Assembly (NCBI GenBank): GCA_030390025.1
Contig: CM059431.1
Coordinates: 137,332,001 to 137,396,000, forward strand
DNA: 64,000 nt
Source of the DNA: Squalus acanthias
Taxonomy: Eukaryota
Reading direction: 5' to 3'
Below, in pieces: positions 13,350-26,942 of the stretch (within the stretch, counting starts at the first letter, position 1; every line of letters starts with the position of its first letter). Below the pieces are notes generated by a model. That model was not told the origin of the DNA, did no database searches, and was given only the letters and a program-made list of their open reading frames with translations. Position numbers and translations under genes: made by a program.

Positions 13350-14675
13350 TGTGATTCCCCATCGCCTGTTTCTAATTAACCAGTTGTTGTATTCCCTTGT
13401 GTTTCTCTATTTCTAATTAAAGTTACAGTGTTTCCCTGACATTCCCATCTCCTCCATTTCTAAATAAACAGTTACTGTCTCCCCAGTCCCTTACTTTTAA
13501 ATAGACAGTTATTTACTGTGTCACCCCATGTCTCTTTTTATTCTATTTCTAATTAGACAGTTAGTTTACTCCCCTGAATTCCCTTGTCCTCTATTTCTAA
13601 TTGAACGGTTGCTGTCTTCCCCTGTCCCCTACTTCTTAATGAAGAGTTATTGTGTTCCACTGGGCCCTATTTCTAATATAATGTGCCATATTCCACTGAC
13701 CTCTATTTCTAAATAAGCCATTACTGAGTTCCCCTATATTCCTTTATTGGCCCAGAAATTAAACATGGATGGTTCCCGCGGGGGTAAGGATTCCCCGCAA
13801 TATCGCACTCCGCGCCTATCTTTTTGCTCCGGGCCCTCACGAACTTTAGTTTCAAAGGCTCGCTCTGTTGGAACCATGCAGTGCTTGCATGACCCAGAGA
13901 CGCAATTAGTTCATGCGAGCTCTGGGATCACGTGATTCAGTTAGAGCCAATGGGAGCACACCATCTTTCATTCATAGTTTTGACGGCAAGAGCTGTCAAA
14001 GCTATGAATACTACAGCCCCCCAAAAGAACAGCTAAACCTCAATTAAATTAAAAAAGCCATCACATTAATAAAATAAGTATAGTTAAATAAATTAACCAC
14101 TTTAAACAAAAAATTAAATTTTTGAAAAAATATAAATCTTTTTAAAAGTTATAAAAATAAACTTACCTTTCTTTAAAGTCTCTAAAAAAGATAAACCTGT
14201 TTAAAAAAATTTAAAATAACACTTAATTAACTACTTACCTTGTTAAAAGGGGGTCCTACGCCTGCTTTTTTGTGTGTAAAATCTTCACCACTTACCTGCG
14301 CATTCAAAGCTGAAAAAAAACTACGTGCACTGCGTGCGCACAGCCTGTAGTGCGCACGCGGATCACTTAGGAACCGCCCCCTTTTCAATTCACGAAGTGC
14401 CGGTTTCCCGCGCATGCGCAGTGCATGCAGGAAACCGGCAATTCGGGATCTAATACGCGAGAGTGCACAGTGCGTACTCTCGCCTATTAGGTTTAATTTT
14501 CGGGTCAATAGGATTATATTTCTAATTAACAGTTCGTTGGTTCCACGTAATTTACCTGTTCTCCATTTCTAATTAAACATTTACATTGTTCCCCTGAATT
14601 CCCCTATATTCTATTTCTATTTATGCTTCTCGTGTTCCGCTGAATTCCCCTGTCCTCTCGTTTTAATTCTAAAGA
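13350..14675. repeat. Degenerate ~45-bp tandem repeat interrupted by a MITE
   Basis: Recurrent TTTCTAATTAAACAGTTACTGTGTTCCCCTGAATTCCCC-like units on both sides of 13749-14506. Confidence 0.75.
13749..14506 (-). mobile_element. Related MITE in reverse orientation
   Basis: TIRs GGCCCAGAAATTAAAC / GTTTAATTTTCGGGTC. Internal motifs atcacgtg, aaacttaccttt and cgcctgcttttt are reverse complements of motifs in 1581-2327. Confidence 0.75.
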
Positions 14676-15783
14676 TTAGCAGCAAGTCTGTTCCATAGAT
14701 AAACCGTCGCTCATTGAAATAACGGTTCCAGAAATTAGTTTTGAATTTATCCCCACCATTCTCAGGCCATGCCCTCTGGTTTTACAGTTCTGGACAAGGT
14801 GAAACAGCTCGTCATGGTCCACATTACCTGGTGGATAAAGAGCAGTGTGTCGCACATATTCAGGTCCCGGATATTCCTGTGCCCTTTTTATGTTGGTCAT
14901 AGGATTGTTAACATGAAAAGGATAATGGAACTTCTGGTGCTGAGGCCAGCTACAATTCAATAGTGTCAGTGGTTTACAGTGGGCCGTATTTTGTGACCTA
15001 CGGGTGCGTACGAGGTGCGCACGCGCACGGAGGGGCCGCGGAAGTTCCGGGTTTAGGCATGCGAAGGGCATGCGATAAAATCGGAAATTGCGATCTGTCA
15101 AGATTCCTTTTGACAGATTGCACGCATCCCCAGGAGAAGTAGCACTGCTGGCGCAGATTTGCGCTAATTGTCCAACTACTGGCCAGCAGTTGCGGACGAA
15201 ACTGCAACGATAGAAAAAAAAACAGGCAGGATAAAGACCTGGAAGTCAGGGAGCTTGGAAACGGGACTGTTTTAACTTTTAAAATTAACAAAGTTATTGG
15301 TACAAAACCTGATTTAAGTTTTTAACAACTCTAATTTGTTAAATATTTCATTAGTTTTGGATCTAGTTCCGAGGAGTGTAGGTAATTTGAAGAGGAACTT
15401 TCGCTGTGGAACAAGGTAAGCATTGTATTAGATTACATTTTTTAAACTTGAAAATGACTGTTTCAAAATGATTTTGTTCACATTTACTAATGTTTAAAAC
15501 AATTATGCCAGAGTATATGAATAGTTTAAATGTTAACATTATTATGCTGTTTATAAATTTTATGTATGACTTTCTAAAAAATGTAACTTCCTAGGAATTG
15601 GTCTCGGGCGGTGATATTCATCAGGCGGGTATGACGGGCGGCCGATCCGATGGCGTCCGTTTTGCGCCACCGCCCGCCGTGAATTTCTACCCACTCACTT
15701 TATTAACATGACTTTTACAACTCTTTCCTTTTTACCCTGCATTTACTGCAGCTGTTTAAAGAGGAAACCTGTGAAGGAGAAAC

Positions 15784-18700
15784 ATGCCTCTTGACGATAT
15801 TGCCCCGATGTTTTGTGTGATTCTGGCACATAAAATCGTAAACGCCAGCGAACAACAAAGAAGCCTGAGGAACCATGACCGCCGCCTAATCAAGAAAAAC
15901 TATTACCTACCCCAGAGAGTGTACAGGGAGAGGCTGTCTTTTGAAATGATGTCAAAAGAGTTGTGTGTGATTAGGCTGCGCTTTAGCAAAGAGGCAATTT
16001 GCCGACTATGTGACATGTTGAAGGACGGTCTCCAAACACACTCGAAGACCCGCACTGCCTTGTCAGTGCCCATGAAGGGAATCACAGCATTGAACTTCTT
16101 TGCATGTGGGTCAATTGACTCAGGCACTGGTGACATTTCAAACATCACCCAGAGTGCTCGAGGGCCTGCTTTCACCAGTTGCCATATTCTGCAGGGACTC
16201 TGAGTTCATAGACTATGACTTGTCCACTCGGCGTCAAAAGGAGAGGCCCTTGCATTTTACAGGATTGCTGGCTTCCCCAAAGTGATTGGGGCCGTCGATG
16301 GAAACCATGCTGCATTGAAGGCACCAATTGATGCACCTGTGACATACATCAACAGGAAAAGGTTTCATTCATTCAATATAATGATAGTCTGTGATAAGAA
16401 CATAAGAAAAAAAGAGCAGATGTAGGCCATACGGCCCCTCTTACATGCTCTGCCATTCAATAAGATCATGGCTGATCATCGCCCTCAACTTCACTTTCCC
16501 GCCCGATCTCCATAGCCCTAGATTCCCCCAGAGTTCAAAAATCTATCTATCTCAGCCTTGAATATAATCAAAGACTTAGCATTAATAGCCCTCTGGGGCA
16601 GAGAATTCCAAAGATTCACAACCCTCTGAGTGAGGAAATTCCTCCTCATCTCAGTCTTAAATGGCCGACACCTTACCCTGAGACTATGCCCCCTAATTCT
16701 AGACACTCCAGCCGGGGGAAACAACCTCAGCATTTACCCTGTCAATCCCCTTCTGAATCTTTTAAGTTTCAGTGAGATCACCTCTCATTCTTCTGAACTC
16801 GAGAGAGTATCGGCCCATTCTATACAATCTCTCATCATAGAACAGCCCTTTCATCACAGGAATCAATCTAGTGAACCTTCGTTGCACCGCCTCCAAGGCA
16901 AATATATCCTTCCTGAGATAAGGAGGCCAACATGCTATTTGCCTTTCTTATTGCTGCATGCTAGCTTTCTGCGTTTCTTGCACGAGGACATCCAAATCAC
17001 TCTGAACACCAACATTTGAACATTTCTCAACATTTAAAAAATATTCCGTTTTTCTATTCTTCCTACCAAAGTGAATAACCTCACATTTCCCTACATTATA
17101 CGCCATCTGCCATCTTACTGCCCACTCACTTAGTCTATCTATATCCCTTTGCAGACTCTTTGTGTTCTCCACAGCTTGCCGTCCTACATAGCTTTGTAGC
17201 ATCAGCAAACTTGGATACATTACAGTCGGACTCTTCGTCTAGGTCATTAATATAGATTGTAAATAGTTGAGCTCACAACCTGATCCTTGCAGCACACCAC
17301 TAGTTACAGCCTGCCAACCAAAAGATCCGGTTGTCCTTACTCTCTATTTCCTGTCCGTTAAGCAATCCTCTATCCATGCTATGTTACCCACAACCCCATG
17401 AGCCCTAATCTTGTTTAATAATATTTTCTTTGGAACCTTATCAAATGCCTTTTAGAAATCTAAATATACTATATCCCTGGTTCCCGTTTAGCTGCCCTGC
17501 TAGTTACATTCTCAGAAAACTCTAATAAATTTGTCAAACACAATTTCCCTTTCATAAAATAATGTTGACTCTGCCGAATCATGTTATGATTTTCTAAGTG
17601 ACTTGATACCACTTCCTTAACAATTGATTCCATCATTTTCCCGACGACTGATGTCAGGCTAACTGGCCTGTAGTTCCCTGTTTTTTTCTCTCTCCCTCCT
17701 TTCTTGAATAGCGGTGTTACATTTGCAACCTTCCAATCTGCTGGGACCATTCCAGAATCTAGGGAATTTTGGAAGATCAAAATCAATGCATCCACTATCT
17801 CTTCAGCCACCTCTTTTAGAACCCTAGGATGTAGGCCGTCAGGTCCAGGGGATTTGTCGGCTTTTATTCCCATTAGTTTCTCTAGTACTTCTTTTCTACA
17901 TATATTAATTATGTTAAGTTCGTCACACTCATTAGACCCTTGGTTCGCCAACATTTTTGTTATGCTTTTTGTGTCTTCTACTGTGTAGACAAATGCAAAA
18001 TATTTTTTTAACGTTTCTGCCATTTCCTTATTCCCCATAATAAATTTCCCTGTCTCAGCATCTAAGGGACCAACGTTTACTTTTGCAACTCTTTTCCATT
18101 TTACATATTTGTAGAAACTCTTACAATCTGCTCATATTACTCGTAGTTTTCTCTCGTTTTCTATTTTTTCCCTTTTTATCAATTTTTTGGTCAACCTTTA
18201 CTGGTTTCTGAAACTCTCCTAATCCACAGGCTTACTATTATTCTTTGCAACATTATGCTCTTCTGCTTTCAATCTAATGCTATCCTTAACTTCTTTAGTT
18301 AGCCCCCGTTGGATCCCTTTTCCCGTGGAATTTTTGTTTTGCAATGGAATGTATATTTGTTGAGAATGCTGAAATATTTATTTAAATGCTAGCCACTGCT
18401 TTCTATCGCCATACCTTTTAATCTATTTTTCCAATCTACCTTAGCCAACTCGCCCCTTATACCTATGTAATTGGCTTTATTTAATTTTAAGACTCTAGTT
18501 TCGGACTTAGGCAAGTCACCCTCAAAATTAATGTAAAATTCTATCATATTATGATCATTCTGCCCCAAATGATCCTTTAATATGAGATTGCTAATTAAAC
18601 CTGTCTCATTACACAATACAAGATATAAAATAGCCTGTTCCCTGGTTGGTTCCATGACATATTGTTCCAAGAATCTGTCCCGAATGCGTTCCATGAACTC

Positions 18701-20498
18701 GTCCACCAGACTACCTTTGGCAACTTGATTTGCACAGTCGATATGAAGATTAAATTCCCCCAAGATTAACTTTGTTGCAAGAGCCTACCATTTCTTGATT
18801 AATATTCTGTCCAACGGTATAGCTGCTGTTAGAGGGGCCTATATGATACTCATATCAGTATTTTCTGCCCCTTGTTATTCCTTATCTCCACCCATACTAG
18901 TTCTACTTCCAGATCATCCAAGCCGAGTTCCTTTTGCGCTATTGTCCTTATGTCATCCTTTATGATCAGGGCTACTCCCCCTCCTTTTCCATTCTGCCTG
19001 TCTTTTCGAAACGTCAAGTACCCTGGGACATTCTGTTCCCAAACTTGGCCACCTTGCAACATATCTCTGTAATGGCTATTAGATAAAAAACATTTATCTC
19101 AATTTTTGCCACTAATGTGTCGATCTTGTTACGAAAGGTTCGTGCATTTAAATAAACAGCCTTGAATTTTTTTTTACCACTATTCCGTGCTTTGACCTTA
19201 TTCTCTGCTGCACTGCAAACATTTCACTCTCAACTCCCTTCCTGTCACATTCTGCTTATTTTTTTTACCAAATCGCTACATTGCTCTATTGCCTTGACCT
19301 TTCTCTTTAGATTTCTAAATTTCCCCTCATCTCACCACCCTCCCCCCCCCCCCCCCCGCCCTTCTTTCTTATTTTAAAGTGCTATCTACAGCCCTAGTTA
19401 TTCGATTCGCCAGGACGCTGGTCCCAGCTCGGTTTAAGTGGAGCCCGTTCCGAAGGAACAGCTCCCTCTTTCCCCAGTACTGGTGCCAGTGCCCCATGAA
19501 TTGAAACCCCTTTTTTCCCACACCACTCCTTGAGCCATGCACTTATCTCTCTGATCTGCTTGAGCCTATGCCAATTTGCGTGTGGCTCAGTTAGTAATCC
19601 AGAGAATTTACTTTGTTGTTCTACTTATTAATTCAGACCCTAGCTCCTCAAACTCCCTCAGCAGAACCTCATTCCTAGTTCTACCGATGTCATTGGTTCC
19701 TACATGGAACACGACAACTGGATCCGCCCCCTCCCACTCCAAATTCTTTTCCAGCCGTGAGGAGATATCCTTAACCCTGGCAACGGGCAGGCAACACAGC
19801 GTTCGTGACACTCTTTCGCGGCTGCAGAGAAATAATCTATCCCCCTGACTCTACTGCCCCTACTACTACCACATTCCGTCCTTTTTCCCCCCACTTGGAT
19901 GGCCCCCTGTCACACAGTGCCGTGGTCAGTTTTCCCGTCCTCCCTGCAGTCCTTTTCCTCATCCAGACAGGTAGAAAGTACCTCGTACCTGTTGGACAAG
20001 GTGCAGGGCTGAGGCTCCAGGGAAGTGCTCATGACTCCTTCGTCCTCCAGCACTCGGACTTATATGGCGCCCACAGCACATTGCCTCCAGGATCCGCATG
20101 GATGTTGGACGACAAGGGCTGCCGGCTAAAACCGTGGCTGATGACACCATACCGCAGGACAAATAATGAGGCAAAGTGGAGATACAACCGGGTACACTTG
20201 TCACACAGAAAGTGGTGGAGAGGACAACTGGGCTTCTGAAATCACGCTTCCGGTGCCTGGACAGGATAGGCGGGACTTAGCAGTACTCTCCTCTGAAACT
20301 GTCAAGGATTGTGGTGGCCTGTTGCGCTTTACACAACTTTTCCCTCTGGAAGGACTGACCCTTAACGCTACAGACGAGATCCCCGTGGAAATGGAGGACA
20401 CGGAGGATGCCAACATTGATGCACCTGTGGCCAGGCTTGATGGGGAGGAACCAAGTGCTGCAAGAGAACAGCTAGTAGCCAACACGTTTACGAGGTGA
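15784..20498 (+). pseudogene. Harbinger (HARBI1-like) DDE transposase, split into 15784-~16395 and ~20015-20498
   Basis: Motifs LRFSKEAICRLCD, TALNFFACGS, VIGAVDGNH, YINRKRFHSFNIMIVCD, then GSAHDSFVL, DDKGCRLKPWLMTPY, RYNRVH, VVERTTGLLKSRFRCLD. Several frameshifts. Confidence 0.9.
16396..20015 (-). mobile_element. 5'-truncated, decayed CR1 LINE inserted in the Harbinger transposase
   Basis: ORF1 esterase remnant (VVFHVGTND), endonuclease remnant (RKDRQNGKGGGVAL) and RT remnant (KSPGPDGLHPRVLKE, NYRPVSLTS). CR1 3' tail at ~16396-16480. Internal deletion near 16930. Confidence 0.93.
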
Positions 20499-20929
20499 TG
20501 ATTGTGTCGCCTCTTACCTCCCCCTCTCCCAGCAAGGCACAGAAAAGAACACACACAATATAAAGTGAAACAGTGAACTTTTATTGCAGCATCAAAGATG
20601 TTTGATGAACTTTTTTGACGTTCTTAGTCTTTAAATGCAAATAGCTAGCTTTTTTTTACTTTCTAAAAATTTGTAATGATAAATTGGTTGATAAAAAATG
20701 TAAACAGTTTAAAGTGCATTTTTGTGTTACTTAGTTCAATAAAGATGTAAACTAGATTTTTTCTACTTTTTAAACAGTTGTAATGTTAAATTGGTATTAA
20801 TAAAAAGAGTTAATATAATTTAAAGAGACTACAGGTATAAATATGAAACGAAATGTTTACATACACTATCAGTCACAAATATAAATTTCAAGAATTAAAA
20901 CAACACCTACATTTAAATAATAGGAAACA

Positions 20930-22540
20930 TTAAAGAATTGAACGATATGCCCCCTCGCATCTGTGCCTGAGGGTTGAAGGAGATGGATTGTGCAGAAGGA
21001 GGCACTCTACTCTCTCCTGCTCTTCCCCTTCCATGTGACCGGAGCACTTTAATGCCAAGGGCATGACCTCAGTGCGCCATCTCTTGCTCTTCAGCAGTTG
21101 ACTCCTGGCAGGGTTACTGCTGCTGCTGAAAAGTAACAATTACTTCCACCATAATTGGCGGAGCTGCTGTCTCCTGGGGTTGCACTGTGTCTGCGCTGGG
21201 AGCAGGCAAGGGGGTTTCTGAGGGAGTCCCATTAATGGCAGCCGAACCTGCTGTCCTCAACTGGAATAGTTGACTCAGAGACCCTTTAACCTGATTAATC
21301 GTCTGATAAACATGGCTCACCACCTCAGAAATGCTGTGTAAAGCCAAGACGATCTCAGTTAAAATTGTCTGTGCAGTTTTGCCGAACTGATTGATGGTCT
21401 GTAGACCGCTGTCCAACCTATTGCACATATTGCTCCAAGAACATCAATCCCCTGCCTGATAGAGGCAAGAGAGTCAAGTTTCTTCCCATGAAGAGTGAGC
21501 ATTTCTCGCCTCAACCCTGCAATCTGTTGCACCTGAGTTTCTAAATCATTCTGCTGCGCGAAACGTCTAACTGCTTCTAGCAACTGCTCTGCAGTATAAA
21601 GTCGGTGACTGGCTTTGGGACGATAGTCATCTGTGCCTCTCACAGAGCCAGAGGGGCCAGGAGATGGAGAGGGTGACGTGCAGTGTTTCATCATGGTCAA
21701 GATTCCCACTTCGCTCGGCCACCCACCCAGGTTCCAGACGCTCCCCTTCCACTAGCTGACACTCCACAAATTCCTCCTCCTCCGCCTCACTTACTGTTCG
21801 CATTTGATCTGTGACCCCTTCCCCAATGCCCCTGCAGCCGCAGACTCGCTGCACTGTTCATCCCGTGCGTACGAAGACAGCTTTCCACCTGTAGGAAGGG
21901 AACAGTAAACAGCACCACCGGCTTTCAAGGTACTATCTCTGCCGTTATGTGCCATTTTACACTGAATTGAAAACAGAAATGAAAATGAAATTCAGTATTC
22001 CTGTAGAGACCATCCACCTGCTGCAGAAACAGGACCAGATGCTGCTTTGGAGCCAGGGTATTTTTCACTAATTGAAATTTCACACCTCAAATCTGCGGAG
22101 TACAGATAAGATGTTTACAAGCACAATAGATGACCCTGACCGGCTCCAAAACCATTACATTTTACGACTAGCTCAGATGCCTAGCTAATGAAGTCACTTC
22201 GCAACAGCTATGCAACGAAACATGTTTTAAAATAGTAAAGTTACATTTTATCAAGTTTTACATTTGACATTTCTAAGAAGTGCACAATCCCTGGCAGATC
22301 GCATCAAATCATTAAATTTTCGCAGCATTGTTCCGCTGTCCGTGGAATGGTGGTGTTAGCGCAAACAGCCTCGGCAACTTCTGTCCAAGCTGTCATTTGT
22401 CCTTTCTGCGGGGCTCTGGGCTTCCTGGTCCCAATGATCCACAGATGCTTCACCTCAACCTCACTGTGGAAATTGCTGATATCATCGTCAGTGAAATTCT
22501 GAGCTCTCTTCATCATCACAAATATGCCTTCTTCTTCCAT
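20930..22540 (-). pseudogene. Harbinger ORF2, Myb/SANT-like (trihelix) DNA-binding protein, intron-containing and decayed
   Basis: ORF 22304..22540 reads KRAQNFTDDD...AWTEVAEAVCANTTIPRTAEQC. Downstream minus-strand acceptor cttcctacag at ~21890 is followed by acidic and coiled-coil ORF fragments to ~21100. Confidence 0.75.
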
Positions 22541-23007
22541 TTCACGTTGCTGTTTAAATAAAATTATTGAAAATTATTTTAAAGTTTTTAAAACACTTCA
22601 AATTGCTATAAATCTCTTCAAAAATCTTTAAAATTATTTAAAATTCTTCAAACCCAGGTAAAAGTCTTTAACATTTTCTAAAAATTTACAAAAGTGTTTT
22701 AAACCTATAAAAAAGAACTTACCATTAAGACTTACAGCTTCTTTTAATGCTGAAGGCACTGAGAGTGTTTAAAAATCGGGGGCGTGGCCTATGCAAATAT
22801 GGAATTTTGACTGGTCTTGTGGGCGGGTCTCACGTACGCATGAAGCCCGCGGCTCCGCGCACGCTGCGCTCCTGGGCGGCGTGACGTCACACGCTGCCGA
22901 GACAAAGTCCGACTCTCCGTGTGGGGACAGCTGCAGGTAGGCGCTGATTTATTTTGCTGTTCGGAGGCGTTCGCCCGCGGGAAGCCTCCGACCACAAATT
23001 CAGGGTC

Positions 23008-23320
23008 GGTACCAGTACAAGTGACCATAAAGCTGTCGGACTGTCGTAAAAACCAAACTGGTTCTCTGAGGTTCATTTAGGGAAGGAAACCTGCCGTCCT
23101 TCCCCGTTCTGGGCGCCTATATGTGATTCGAGTTCCACAATAACGTGATTGATTCTAAACTATCTCCTGAATTGGACCTAAAAATTCACTCGATTGTTTG
23201 AAACCCGCTACCAGCGGTTCAAGAAAAGGCCCACGACCATCACCTTTTCTCAGGCCAACTAGGGACGGGCAATAAATGTCGACTTTGCCAGCGACACCCA
23301 CATCTCCAGAACGAATAATA
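23008..23320 (+). mobile_element. SINE, 3' part, sharing its tail with the LINE at 4445-5300
   Basis: Ends gggcaataaatg...gacacccacatctccagaacgaataa. Homologous to the minus-strand copy at 31485-33420. Confidence 0.75.
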
Positions 23321-23669
23321 AGCAAACATTGTAAAGATTAGATTGAATTCTCCCTTGGTGACTGTGATATGAATCTGAGCTTCGAACAGGGTGTGGAGGG
23401 GAATTACTGTCAGGATTAGAGCGAAAAATCACTGTTTGTGGACTTTGCTCAGGGTGTTTTTGTTAACAGGACAAACATTCAACTGAGTAACTTCAGAAGG
23501 TGCTGCGGTACAAGGTAGGAACAAAGCAAATTATGAGAGCATGTGTATTATGGGTTTATATAGCTTATAATCTGAAAATCAGTACATTTATCCCAGTAAT
23601 ATAACTTTGGAATTGAAAGGCATAATGTATTATGTGTTTGTCAGATCACTGCATCGTTCCTTTTAAAAA

Positions 23670-24058
23670 GGCGAGGTGTGATCTATTTGAGGTGTTTAAG
23701 ATGATTAAATGACGTGATAGTTTGGTACGGTAGATAGAGAGAAACTATCTTTCCTCTGGTGAGGAAGTCCAGAACAAGGGGTCATAAACTTAAATTAGAG
23801 CTAGGCCGTTCGAGAGTGATGTCAGGCAGCATCTCTTCAGACAAAGGGTGGTGGAAAGCTGGAACTCTCTCCCCCAAAATCTTGTTGAGGCTGGCGATCA
23901 ATTGAATGTTTCAAAACTGAGATTGATAGATTTTTGTTGAGTAAGGGCATTAAATGTTACGGAACCAAGGTGGGTGGATGGAGTTAAGATACAGATCAGC
24001 CGTGAATTAATTGAATGGATGAACAGACTCGAGGGGCTGAATGGCTCCTGTTCCTATA
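23670..24058 (+). mobile_element. CR1 3' fragment
   Basis: RT C-terminal remnant plus tail gaggggctgaatggctcctgttcctat. Confidence 0.85.
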
Positions 24059-25240
24059 TCCCTGTCCCTAAGTCCCTATGACCCGAAGTCACTGTGTCCC
24101 TCTTTCACTCTGTCCCTATGTGTCTATATCCCTAAGTTCCTATGTTCCTTTGTTCCTATGTCCCTCTTTCACTCTGACCCCCTGTCATTAATCCCTCTTT
24201 AACTCTGTCTCTATATCTTCATATCCCTATGTTCCTATGTCCCTTTGTCCCTATGGCCCTCTGTGCCTCTGTCGCCCTGATCCTATGTCCCACCTTCCCT
24301 CTGTCCCCCTGTCCCTATGTCCCCCCTTCCCTCTGTCCCCTTGTCCCTATGTCCCTCTTCTCCTCTGTCCCAATGTCGTTATGTCTCTAAGTCCCGAAGT
24401 CCCTGTGTCTAATTTTCCCTATATCGCTATGTCTCTACGTCCTCCTGTACCTTTGCCCCCTTTCCCCCTGTACCTCTGTTCCCTGTCCACTTGTACCTCT
24501 GCCCCCAGTCCCCCTGTCTCTCTGACCCCCTGTAACTCTATTCCCTGACCACCTGTACCTCTGCCCTCTGTCCCGATTTACCTCTGCCCCCAGCCCCCTG
24601 TCTCTCGATCCTCTGTCCCCTGTAGCTCTGTTCCCTGTCCCCCTGTACCCCTGCCCTCTGTCCACCTGTACCTTTGCCCCCGTCCCCCTGCCTCACTGTC
24701 CCCGTCCCCATGTACCTCTACGCCCTGTCATCATGTACCTATGTTGCTATGCCTGTATTTCCCTATGTCCTTTTTTCCTCTGTTGCACAGCACCCCCGTG
24801 TCATGTCCCTCTGTTGCCCAGCCCCCCTGTCCCCCTGTCCCCATCTCCCCATGTGCCTCTGTCCCCCTGTCCCAAGTCCCCCTGTCCCCTGTCCCTCTGC
24901 CCCCTGTCCCCATGTCCCTCTGTTTCTATGTCTCTCTCCCTATGTTCTTCTGTCCCTTTGTGTCCTGTCCCCCTGTCCCCTGTTCTTCTGCCCACTGTCC
25001 CAATGTCCCTCTGTCCCTCTGACCCCGTCCCCCTGTCGCTCTGCCTCCTGTCCGCTATCTCTCTGTCCCCGTCTCCATGTACCTCTGCCCCCTGTCCGCA
25101 TGTACCTCTGTTGCTATGCCTCTATTTCCCTATGTCCTTCTGTCCCTCTGTTGCCCTGCCCCCTCCCCCCTGTGCCATGTTCCTATGGCGTTCTTTCCCA
25201 CTGTCCCTATGTCCCATGTCACTATGTCCCTCTGTCAAAA
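24050..25240. repeat. Pyrimidine-rich low-complexity repeat (TGTCCC / TATGTCCC units)
   Basis: Degenerate 6-8 bp units starting right at a CR1 3' end. Confidence 0.9.
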
Positions 25241-25604
25241 TGCTACTTTTCAGGTTTGGCATGGCGACCGACATCTCCCCTCATCAGTCGATGGTCAAAT
25301 AAATGGCTTGTTTTGAAAATAACCCTACAGGTAAGCATAGTACCAGATCTGATCTCTGGTCCCTGCTGCCTTAGCACAAAGTGGGTGGTCGGGGAAATCT
25401 TGGAATGGAGGAGGAGAAATAAAGCGTCCCCTTATTTTTCCATGTCCGGTATCCTTGCAGTTGCCCCTGTGCTGTTTAACTGCCCCGTTTTAAAATCTTT
25501 GAGCAGGAAACACGCTCGAAAGTGATGGCTCCAACTCTCCATGAACCGGATCGCACTTGCGGGGCACATTGCTCCTAGGCTTCAGCTTGTGGACAACCAA
25601 TACA

Positions 25605-26045
25605 GAACTCCATTTCTATAGTTCTATTCACGACCTCATGACGTCCCAAAGTGTTTTACACCCAATGAAATGCTTTATGTGTTGTAATGCAGGGAAACGC
25701 GGCAGCCTCTTTCCACACTGCAAGCTCGCAAAAACACCAATGTGATAGTGAGAATCTGTTTCAGTGCTTTTAGTTGATGGCTAAAAATTGGTCCTGGACA
25801 CCGGATATAACTGCCGTGCTCTTCTTCAAAATAGTGCTGTGGAATCTTTTCTGTCCAAGTGAGAGGGCAGACAGGGCCACGGTTTAATGTCTCATCCGAA
25901 CATGGCACCCGCAACAATGCAGCGAGCTGATCGGCCTCAGTGCACCTCGGTAGTGACTCTGAGTGTCAGTCTGGATTTTTGTGCTCAACTTTCTGGGTTG
26001 GGTCTTTGAACCCATAACCTTCTGACTCAGAGGCGAGAGCTCTAT
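25605..26045 (-). mobile_element. Deu-domain (SacSINE1/AmnSINE-like) SINE
   Basis: Minus strand reads gcctctgagtcagaaggttatgggttcaa...ggatgagacattaaaccg...gcactattttgaagaagagc. Similar to 30195-30610. Confidence 0.7.
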
Positions 26046-26942
26046 AATAAAAACAGAGGAGAGATAAACAGAGTTAATGTTTCCAGTAAATGACCTTTCG
26101 TCACATAGTAAGCCAAGGGTGATAGTCACTAATCCAATTTGGAGTTGGCTCCATGTGTTAGTCACTCTTTGTGTGATAATGAACTTCCTGATGACATCTG
26201 CCAATTGCTTTAGGCCGAGAAACATTTAAACTCTGAATTTGCGGTGCTTTTGGAGGGTTTGGTATCGCTGTTACCCACGCCCCTAGTGCTAGTCGCAGTT
26301 ATTGTATTGCAATATGCTCATTCTCAGACCCTAAATCTGGAGGGGAATTCAATATTCCAACTGGATAAAGTTAGGGCCTCACTGCAATGTAATTGATGTT
26401 TGTGGGAACTTGCTGCGCACACATTAGCTCCCATGATTCCCTACGTTACAACAGTGACTACACGTAAAGAAGTACGGAATAAAAGATTCACGTAAAGAAG
26501 TACGTCACTGGGTGTAACGCGTGGTGGGAGGTCCTGACGTCTTGAAAGGTGCGATATAATTGCAAGTTCTTTCTTTCCTTCCAGCGAGTAATATTGGATT
26601 TGCACTCGGTTGTTTTTTTCCCGACGGACGGATTAGGAGGAACTTGGCACACTTAAGTTTTCCGTAAGTGAGATGAGTTGTGAAACAATAATTAAAGTAT
26701 AACCTCAATAATGAAAATGGAAAGAAGTGAAGAGAGATCTCAATAATTCAGCCCGATATAATTTCATAACATCGAATTGTGATATCTACAAACTAAACTC
26801 TTTGTCGGTGTAATTTCATCCCAATAATGTTGCTGAATTAATCCACCACATAACATTTGTCGATATTTAACTATCCTAAGAAGGAAATATTATGTTTTAT
26901 TAGATTCTCAGCAGGTGCAATATTGTGGCCGAGTGATTGAAA

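Larger units (their letters stand above)
14981..23007 (+). mobile_element. Decayed autonomous PIF/Harbinger DNA transposon with a nested CR1
   Basis: Imperfect TIRs GGGCCGTATTTTGTG / CACAAATTCAGGGTC. HARBI1-like transposase on +, convergent Myb/SANT-like gene on -, AT-rich polyA-signal region between them. Confidence 0.88.

Noticed and set aside
15784..16400. Host HARBI1 gene
   Set aside because: Frameshifted, enclosed by TIRs and paired with a Myb/SANT ORF, so it is a transposon copy.
24237..25525. Cys/Pro-rich keratin-associated-like ORFs
   Set aside because: Low-complexity TGTCCC repeat.
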